Of a stretch of DNA of 10,645 bases, positions 1 through 5,622 are shown in pieces (position 1 is the stretch's first letter; every line of letters starts with the position of its first letter). The notes beneath the pieces were generated by a model that searched no databases, was not told the origin of the DNA, and saw nothing but the letters and a program-made list of their open reading frames with translations. The position numbers and the translations under genes were made by a program. Origin of the DNA: Candidatus Methylomirabilia bacterium (GTDB lineage Bacteria > Methylomirabilota > Methylomirabilia > Rokubacteriales > CSP1-6). The stretch lies in the NCBI GenBank assembly GCA_046758965.1, contig JBHIBG010000091.1, positions 1 through 10,645 on the forward strand. Reading direction: 5' to 3'.

Positions 1-184
1 CAGCCCAACGTTGTTGGCCTGCTCGGAGCGCTCCGGCGTCCTGCGCTTCGCCGCCCGCGAGGGCGCGTGCGGATTCGCTCGGCTGGGGCATCCCCGGCAG
101 GGCGCTCCGTTGCGACCCACTCAAAAGCCTGAAGGGACAATTTAGACGGCGGGCAACCCGGGGGGAAGGCGCGACCCCGCCCCC

Positions 185-214
185 TTGCCACACATGCGGG
201 TGTTCGTGTATCTT
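185..214 (+). promoter_or_regulatory. Putative sigma70 promoter for the cyclase-family gene
   Basis: TTGCCA (185-190), 18 nt spacer, TATCTT (209-214); implies a start site near 221 and a ~180 nt leader. Confidence 0.5.
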
Positions 215-402
215 CGGCCTGCTGCGGGCCGTCGCCGGCGTTGCGGCCTGAAGATTTGGGGGGAGGTGACATCCGGGAACGCTCCGCAGGGGGTCACACC
301 GGGGTGCCCTCGGTTCGCAGCTCGTTGCCGCAGAGCTGTGTGGTTCGGAAAGGGTTCCGAGCCGTTGAAAACGAGAATCAACGTTGGGAACAGGAGGGAA
401 AG

Positions 403-1473
403 ATGAAGAACTTTGGAAGAGTGTGTATGGTGATGTTCCTCTTCTCGATGTTCCTGACAGGTTTATCAGCGGGGCCTGCTCTTGCGGTGAATGACGAGCC
501 GCTGAGGGACGGCTGGGCGCCGAGCGAATGGGGGTCAGGTGACAAGGCCGGCGCAGTCAACCGCACCACCCCGGCCATGGTGCTGCGTGCTGTGAACCTC
601 GTCAAGCAGGGCAAGGTCGCCACCCTGGGCAAGGTCTACCAGTACGATGCTCCAGCCTTCGGCACTCGGGGTTGGCGGATGATCATCCCGGGCCTTCCCA
701 CCGGCGGCCCTTTCGGCGCGCAAGAACTCGTGTACAACGACGAGTATCTCGCAACGGAAATTGGCCAGATCGGCACCCAGTTCGACGGTCCAGCCCACAT
801 CGGGGTGATCACCTCCAAAGGGATGTTCTTCTACAACGGGCGGTACCTGAATAAGACCAAGGGTATCAGCTCATATGGGACCGGCCCGCTCGGCGTGGAG
901 CACGTGGCCGAGGTCGGCTTTGTCTGCCGCGGCGTGCTGCTCGACGCGGTTGCCCTGCGCGGGGGCCAGCTGCCGATTCCCAAGGAACAGAGCAAAGCCG
1001 ATCCCGGGATCGTCACCGACGAAGACGTGAAGGAGATGGTCCGACGGCAAGGCATCGATCCCATTCGAGAAGGCGACTGCGTGTTTCTGCACACCGGTCA
1101 TGGCAACATCTGGCATCCCTCGAAGTGGGACACCTTCTCGGCTGAGGAGAAAGCCAAGCGGATCAAGGCATTCAACGCGGGTGAGCCCGGTTTTGGCATC
1201 TCCGCATGCGAGTACCTCGCCTCGCGGAAGATCATCCTTTGGGCCAGCGACACCTGGGCCTCGGAAGCCGTGGGGAAAGGCTTCGCTGGTGAGAATCCAC
1301 AGCCGTTCGAATGCCATATCAAAATGATGACGAAGCGAGGGATCTGGAACCTGGAGAACCTGGACCTGACCCAGCTGGTAGCTGACAAGGCCTATGAGTT
1401 CCTGTTCGCCTGGTCTCCGCTGAAGATCAAGGGCGGCACCGGCTCGCCGGGCAACCCGATCGCTCTCTATTAG
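403..1473 (+). CDS. Cyclase family (kynurenine formamidase/KynB-like) metal-dependent hydrolase with Sec signal peptide, 356 aa
   Basis: ATG at 403 follows SD AGGAGG (392-397). N-terminus MKNFGRVCMVMFLFSMFLTGLSAGPALA is signal-peptide-like. Family motifs: WGxxDxxG, QIGTQFDGPAH (variant of HxGTHxDxPxH), RGVLLD, GDCVFLHTG, PG, SDT, GIWNLENL, PLKIKGGTGSP. Confidence 0.88.
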   Translation: MKNFGRVCMVMFLFSMFLTGLSAGPALAVNDEPLRDGWAPSEWGSGDKAGAVNRTTPAMVLRAVNLVKQGKVATLGKVYQYDAPAFGTRGWRMIIPGLPTGGPFGAQELVYNDEYLATEIGQIGTQFDGPAHIGVITSKGMFFYNGRYLNKTKGISSYGTGPLGVEHVAEVGFVCRGVLLDAVALRGGQLPIPKEQSKADPGIVTDEDVKEMVRRQGIDPIREGDCVFLHTGHGNIWHPSKWDTFSAEEKAKRIKAFNAGEPGFGISACEYLASRKIILWASDTWASEAVGKGFAGENPQPFECHIKMMTKRGIWNLENLDLTQLVADKAYEFLFAWSPLKIKGGTGSPGNPIALY

Positions 1474-1513
1474 CGATTGAGGCCTGCATTTCTCATGTCC
1501 CATCTCTCTCCAA

Positions 1514-1568
1514 CCCCCTCACCCTTAATCCTCTCCCCCTTCGAGGGGGAGAGGGAAGGGTGAAGGGG
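1514..1568. repeat. REP-like imperfect palindrome (CCCTCACCCT..CCTCTCCCCC / GGGGGAGAGG..AGGGTGA)
   Basis: Inner stem 1530-1540/1544-1554 is a perfect 11 bp; outer stem TCACCCTT 1519-1526 pairs with AAGGGTGA 1556-1563; C-run and G-run close it. Lies just downstream of the cyclase stop. Confidence 0.6.
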
Positions 1569-1738
1569 ATACCCCTCGACGCCCACAGCACATCTCTTTG
1601 GGAGTCCTCAATAGCTCGCCCTGATCCGAAAGGATCGGGCCTCTGACTCGCCTGTTGTCCGTCGCCCCGATTGGGGGAAGAGGGCAGCGAGAGGGAGAGC
1701 CTCGCGCGGGCCTGAGGTCAGAGGGCGGGCAAAACTCG

Positions 1739-1772
1739 ACAGCCTCCTGGTCACCCAGGAGGCTGTTTGTCT
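1739..1772. terminator. Intrinsic terminator, probably bidirectional, between convergent cyclase and cupin genes
   Basis: Perfect 12-bp stem ACAGCCTCCTGG (1739-1750) / CCAGGAGGCTGT (1755-1766) with a 4-nt loop. Followed by TTGTCT on +, and by CGAGTTTT on - (AAAA at 1731-1734). Confidence 0.65.
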
Positions 1773-1815
1773 ACAGGTGGTTGCGGGGGGCCGCCCCTCC
1801 TTTGGTGAGAGCCGC

Positions 1816-2184
1816 CTACCCCTTCGTGAGATACGTGGCCTCGCCGGTGTAGAAGTCCTCGCGGGGCGGGGCGAAGATGTCGACGACCTCCGTATCCTCG
1901 GGGAACCAGGCCTCGTGCTCCACACCTGCCGGGATGACAGCCATGTCGCCGGGCCCGCAGCTGCGCCTCTCCCCGCCCAGGCGGAACTCCATCCTCCCGG
2001 AGATCATGTAGAAGATCTGCTCGTTCGGATGCTTGTGAGCGGACGCGTGGGCGCCGGCCTTCATCTTCCAGAACACGACCATCTCCTTCTCACCGGAGAC
2101 GATCTTGCGGCTGATCATGGGGGTGACCTGCTCGTCCGGGACCTCATCAAGTCTTGCGAACCCTTTCAGGACGGGAACCGGCAT
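1816..2184 (-). CDS. Cupin domain protein, KdgF-like, 122 aa
   Basis: ATG at 2184 preceded by SD AAGGAGG. Cupin motif 1 GAHASAHKHPNEQIFYMISG, motif 2 GDMAVIPAGVEH, and C-terminal DIFAPPREDF typical of KdgF-like cupins. Confidence 0.88.
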   Translation of the reverse strand: MPVPVLKGFARLDEVPDEQVTPMISRKIVSGEKEMVVFWKMKAGAHASAHKHPNEQIFYMISGRMEFRLGGERRSCGPGDMAVIPAGVEHEAWFPEDTEVVDIFAPPREDFYTGEATYLTKG

Positions 2185-2221
2185 CGGCGGTGGCCTCCTT
2201 TGGGAGGAAGTGTGTAGCCTC

Positions 2222-2250
2222 ACCGTAGCCGGGAGCCCTCAGCGTGTCAA
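2222..2250 (-). promoter_or_regulatory. Putative sigma70 promoter for the cupin gene
   Basis: Minus strand TTGACA (2250-2245), 17 nt spacer, TACGGT (2227-2222). Confidence 0.65.
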
Positions 2251-2256
2251 GTCCCA

Positions 2257-2285
2257 TTGACCCGACGTGGCCCCCGTGTGATAAT
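2257..2285 (+). promoter_or_regulatory. Putative sigma70 promoter (extended -10) for the lipoprotein gene
   Basis: TTGACC (2257-2262), 17 nt spacer, GATAAT (2280-2285) preceded by TG-N; back-to-back with the cupin promoter. Confidence 0.65.
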
Positions 2286-2294
2286 CGCGCCATC

Positions 2295-2624
2295 ATGCGC
2301 CATCACCGATTCCTCCCCCTCCTGGCTGCGGGGCTGCTGCTCGCGGGTTGCGCGCTCCTCGTTGTCGGTCGGGACTTCCCCTCGCCGAGGGATGGGATGA
2401 TCGAGCCTGGCAAGACGACAAAGGCAGACCTCCTCCGCTTCTTTGCCGACCCGTACCAGGTGGGCTACGACACCGGGGACCTGACGTGGAGCTGGTTCTA
2501 CGGAAAGAAATCCTCCACGGGCGAGCTGTCCAAGGAGCTGACGGTGCGGTTCGACGCCAAGGGCGTGGTGAAGTCCTATAGCTTCCGGTCAAACCACCCC
2601 GAGGACATGCGCCGACTCAAGTAG
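2295..2624 (+). CDS. Small lipoprotein, SmpA/OmlA (BamE-like) domain, 109 aa
   Basis: MRHHRFLPLLAAGLLLAG-C: basic N-region, hydrophobic core, lipobox LAGC. IEPGKTTKADLLRFFADP...WSWFY...LTVRFDAKGVVKSY matches the SmpA/OmlA-type pattern. Confidence 0.75.
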   Translation: MRHHRFLPLLAAGLLLAGCALLVVGRDFPSPRDGMIEPGKTTKADLLRFFADPYQVGYDTGDLTWSWFYGKKSSTGELSKELTVRFDAKGVVKSYSFRSNHPEDMRRLK

Positions 2625-2702
2625 CTCGACGGGAGCCCTCACCGACAAGAGTGTTCCGACCCTTCCCGCAGCCGGCTCCCTGACGGACATCTCCCTCTCC
2701 TG

Positions 2703-2711
2703 TGCTATCCT
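2703..2711 (+). promoter_or_regulatory. Extended -10 element (TGnTATCCT) for the glycosyltransferase, implying leaderless mRNA
   Basis: TG-C-TATCCT at 2703-2711, 7 nt before ATG 2719; no SD; -35 poor. Confidence 0.55.
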
Positions 2712-2718
2712 GATCGCG

Positions 2719-3720
2719 ATGCGCTGGCTCGTGGTCTCCGGGTTCGAGCAGGCCGGCGGCTTCGGCGTGGACGTTCGCGACGAGCTCGCGGCGATGGGCC
2801 ATGACGTCCAGATGTTCCCCTACCGCCGCAAGAACCCGCTCTACAAGAACCGGCTTTCCAAGGCGACCTATCAGCGGCTGATCTCGTGGTCGCTCGAACG
2901 ACTCTGCGTCCGGTGGCGGCCTCAGATCGTGCTGGTGCTGAAGGGGGGGGCGATCCTCCCTGCCCTCATCCACCGGATCAAGTCCCGGACCGGCGCGCTC
3001 GTCCTCAACCTATTTCCCGACAACCCCCTGTGGATGATGCCGTTCGAGCAGATCGAGCCGTACGACCTCTTCTTTACCAAGGAACGCTATGCGATGCGCC
3101 AGCTCCAGCTCACGGGGCTCAGAAACCTCCATTATCTTCCGCTCTACTGCGTCCCCGCGTTTCACCACCCCGTAGAGCTGGCGCCCGACGAGATCAAGGC
3201 GCTGGATGGCACCGCCGCGCTGGTCGGGAGCCGCTACCCGTATCGCGAGCGATTCGTCGGCGAGCTGTCCGGCTACCCCGTGCGGGTTTGGGGGCCCGGA
3301 TGGGAGCGGGTCACGGACCCAGCGCTCAGGCCCCTGGTCGCCGGCCCGGCCGTGTGGGGGCGCGCCAAGCTCGCCATCTATACGGGGGCGCGGCTCTCGC
3401 TGAACCCCCATCATCCGATGAACGACATCGTCGGCGTGAACTTCCGGACCTTCGAGTTGGCTGCCAGTGGCGCCTGCCAGGTCGTGGACCTGAAGGAGGA
3501 CCTCCCCCCGCTCTTCAAGCCCGGTGAGGAGGTGCTCGCCTACCGGGATCTCCCCGAGTTGCGCCGCCTCCTCGACTACTACCTCGAGCACCGCGACGAG
3601 GCGCGCGCCATCGGCGAGAACGCCAGACAGCGGGCACTGGCCGAGCACACCCTCAGACACCGGATCGAGGAGATCCTGATTGTGGTCGAAGAGCGCTTCG
3701 GCCGCCTCCGCGAGCCTTAG
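2719..3720 (+). CDS. CgeB-like glycosyltransferase (Glyco_trans_1_2-type C-terminal domain), 333 aa
   Basis: GT-B-type motifs: PQIVLVLKG, FPDNP, VGSRYPYRE, VWGPGW, NFRTFELAASGA, LFKPGEEVLAY, IGENARQRALAEHTLRHR. Confidence 0.85.
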   Translation: MRWLVVSGFEQAGGFGVDVRDELAAMGHDVQMFPYRRKNPLYKNRLSKATYQRLISWSLERLCVRWRPQIVLVLKGGAILPALIHRIKSRTGALVLNLFPDNPLWMMPFEQIEPYDLFFTKERYAMRQLQLTGLRNLHYLPLYCVPAFHHPVELAPDEIKALDGTAALVGSRYPYRERFVGELSGYPVRVWGPGWERVTDPALRPLVAGPAVWGRAKLAIYTGARLSLNPHHPMNDIVGVNFRTFELAASGACQVVDLKEDLPPLFKPGEEVLAYRDLPELRRLLDYYLEHRDEARAIGENARQRALAEHTLRHRIEEILIVVEERFGRLREP

Positions 3721-3739
3721 GAAAGAGCGCGTGGTCGCC

Positions 3740-4966
3740 ATGGAGTCGCATGCGACAGGGCTCAGGTGCGTTGACTGCGGGGCGGACTTCCCCCTCGACT
3801 ACCGGCTCGAGTGCGGGCAGTGCCGCGGCCTGCTCGAACTGACCTATGACCTCCAGACTCTCGCGCCCAAGGGACCCGGCATCTTCGACGGACACGGCCT
3901 TTGGCGCTACGCCCCGCTCCTGCCCATCAGGGATCCCGCACACCGGGTGACGCTCGGCGAAGGGGGGACCCCGCTGCTCGACTGCCCGCGCCTGGCGAAG
4001 GTCCTCGGCGTCAAACGCCTCCTGGTCAAATTCGACGGGACCAACCCCACCGGCACGGTCAAGGACCGCACGGCCGCCACGGCTGTGGCCGCCGCGCTCC
4101 AGTTCCGCTACCGGGCGACGTCCGTCGTCAGCACGGGCAACGCGGGCTCCTCCATCGCAGCCTACTCGGCACGGGCGGGTCTCCGCGCCTTCATCTTCGC
4201 CTATGAGCGCGCCTCGGCCCCCAAGCTCCTCCACATGTCGGCGACCGCTTCAGACCTCGTCATCTATCAGGGGGTCTACGACGACCTGATCGGGCACTGG
4301 GACCGTCTGGTGGAAGAGCGGTTCTTTTTCGACTGCGGCGCCTCACGCAACGCGTACAAGCACGAAGGAAAAAAGACCCTGGCCTACGAGATCGCCGAGC
4401 AGACAGCCTTCACGCTCCCCGATCTGATCATCGCACCGGTGGCGGTGGGGGAAACCTTCATCGCGACGCACCGGGGGTTCCGGGAGATGGCGACCATGGG
4501 GTGGATCGAACGGCCTCCGCAGATGGTGGCCGCCCAGGCGACCCGCTCCAACCCTATCTCCCGGGCCTGGCGGGAGAAGCGGCCGCTCGGCCCCATGAAG
4601 ATCGGCTACACCGTGGCCGAAGGGCTCGCCTCCGGCAATCCGGGAAAGAAGGGCGAGTGGGTGCTCAAGATCCTGCGCGAGCATGGGGGGGTGGCCGGCG
4701 ACGCCGAGGACGGCGAGATCCTGGAGGCCCAGAAGCTCCTGGCCCGTGCGGAGGGAATCTGGGCCGGCCCGACAGGGGTGACGACGCTGGCGGTCTTAAG
4801 ACACCTGCTCGCGTCCAACCAGGCCGACCCAGAGCAGACCGTCTGCGTGATCGTCAGCGAGACGGGGCTCAAGACCGAAGCGGAGCTCCCGAGCCGCCAG
4901 GGAACGGCCTTCGATTACGAGAGCCTCAAAGCCCTGGTCAGCTCGCTCGGCTCACGATCCGCCTGA
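3740..4966 (+). CDS. Threonine synthase-like PLP-dependent enzyme (fold type II), divergent; alternative GTG start at 3731
   Basis: N-terminal CxxC...CxxC ribbon, LWRY, TLGEGGTPL, PLP-lysine motif NPTGTVKDR, STGN, EGKKTLAYEIAEQ, TGLK. AGGA at 3719-3722 is better spaced for GTG 3731. Confidence 0.85.
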   Translation: MESHATGLRCVDCGADFPLDYRLECGQCRGLLELTYDLQTLAPKGPGIFDGHGLWRYAPLLPIRDPAHRVTLGEGGTPLLDCPRLAKVLGVKRLLVKFDGTNPTGTVKDRTAATAVAAALQFRYRATSVVSTGNAGSSIAAYSARAGLRAFIFAYERASAPKLLHMSATASDLVIYQGVYDDLIGHWDRLVEERFFFDCGASRNAYKHEGKKTLAYEIAEQTAFTLPDLIIAPVAVGETFIATHRGFREMATMGWIERPPQMVAAQATRSNPISRAWREKRPLGPMKIGYTVAEGLASGNPGKKGEWVLKILREHGGVAGDAEDGEILEAQKLLARAEGIWAGPTGVTTLAVLRHLLASNQADPEQTVCVIVSETGLKTEAELPSRQGTAFDYESLKALVSSLGSRSA

Positions 4967-5618
4967 GGCCTAGGCGCCGCGCCGCCACACGGGCCTGGCC
5001 GGGGTCCCGCTCCACGCCGATCCACGAGCGCCCCATCCGGGTAGCCACGACTCCTACCGTCCCGCTCCCGAAGAACGGATCGAGCACGACTCCCGCAGGC
5101 GAGAGCTTGAGCAGAACGCGGATCACTCGCGGCGGAGTTGCGTCCCAGAGGCTCCCCCGCGGGGTCGACGGGAGCGGGAGCCTCCAGCAGAGCGTGGCCT
5201 TGGGCGGAAGGCTCAGCCGGCCGGCCTTCTTGAGGCGCAGGAGGTAGTTGACGCGGTCATCCCACCGCGCCTTCGAGGGATGCTCGGCCCAGAGCCCCTT
5301 CGCGTGGAGCGACCAGCCGGTTCGGCGAAACCAGTCAGTCACGAGCCCGTCCATTCCGATCCATTCCTGGCCGTCGTGGCGATCACCGATGACGAGCCAG
5401 AGGTCGCCCTCAGCAGCCAGGACGCGGCGCCACTCGCGGCCGAACTCCACCGCGAGCCCTCGAGCGTAGCGCACGGCAGGTCTGCGGCCTCGGCCCCGGA
5501 CCCAGTAGGGGGGTGAGGTCAGGATCACCGAGACGGACCGGTCGGCAATCATCGGCATGGCCCGGCAGTCGCCGACGAGGAGGACGCCCGTGCCGTCCGC
5601 GCTCTGGTAGCAGACCAA
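4938..5618 (-). CDS. Compact beta-class amino-DNA methyltransferase (N4-cytosine-like SPPY), ~226 aa
   Basis: LLVGDC, ILTSPPYW (motif IV), RVLAAEGDLWLVIGD, then VVLDPFFGSGTVGVVA...GRSWIGVE (motif I), in beta-class order. TTG at 5618, 4 nt after the EndoQ stop, keeps the GDC strand; the ORF-track extension to 5810 is a shadow of the upstream gene. Start is uncertain. Confidence 0.8.
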   Translation of the reverse strand: MVCYQSADGTGVLLVGDCRAMPMIADRSVSVILTSPPYWVRGRGRRPAVRYARGLAVEFGREWRRVLAAEGDLWLVIGDRHDGQEWIGMDGLVTDWFRRTGWSLHAKGLWAEHPSKARWDDRVNYLLRLKKAGRLSLPPKATLCWRLPLPSTPRGSLWDATPPRVIRVLLKLSPAGVVLDPFFGSGTVGVVATRMGRSWIGVERDPGQARVAARRLGLRRIVSRAS

Positions 5619-5622
5619 TGAA

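Noticed and set aside
1..132. Possible gene fragment at the window start (open frames on both strands)
   Set aside because: Too short, with no recognisable motif; strand and frame cannot be decided.
4..388. 10-bp inverted repeat CCCAACGTTG (4-13) / CAACGTTGGG (379-388) as MITE ends
   Set aside because: Mostly a self-palindromic core; it does not extend and has no target-site duplication.
241..402. N-terminal extension of the cyclase ORF from TTG 241
   Set aside because: A strong SD and signal peptide begin at ATG 403; the extension has no family similarity and lies in the putative leader.
871..5247. Long alternative-frame ORFs (871..1503, 1777..2217, 2886..3527, 3010..3741, 3653..4234, 4501..5247)
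   Set aside because: Shadow ORFs expected in high-GC DNA; they overlap motif-supported genes and lack domains or start signals.
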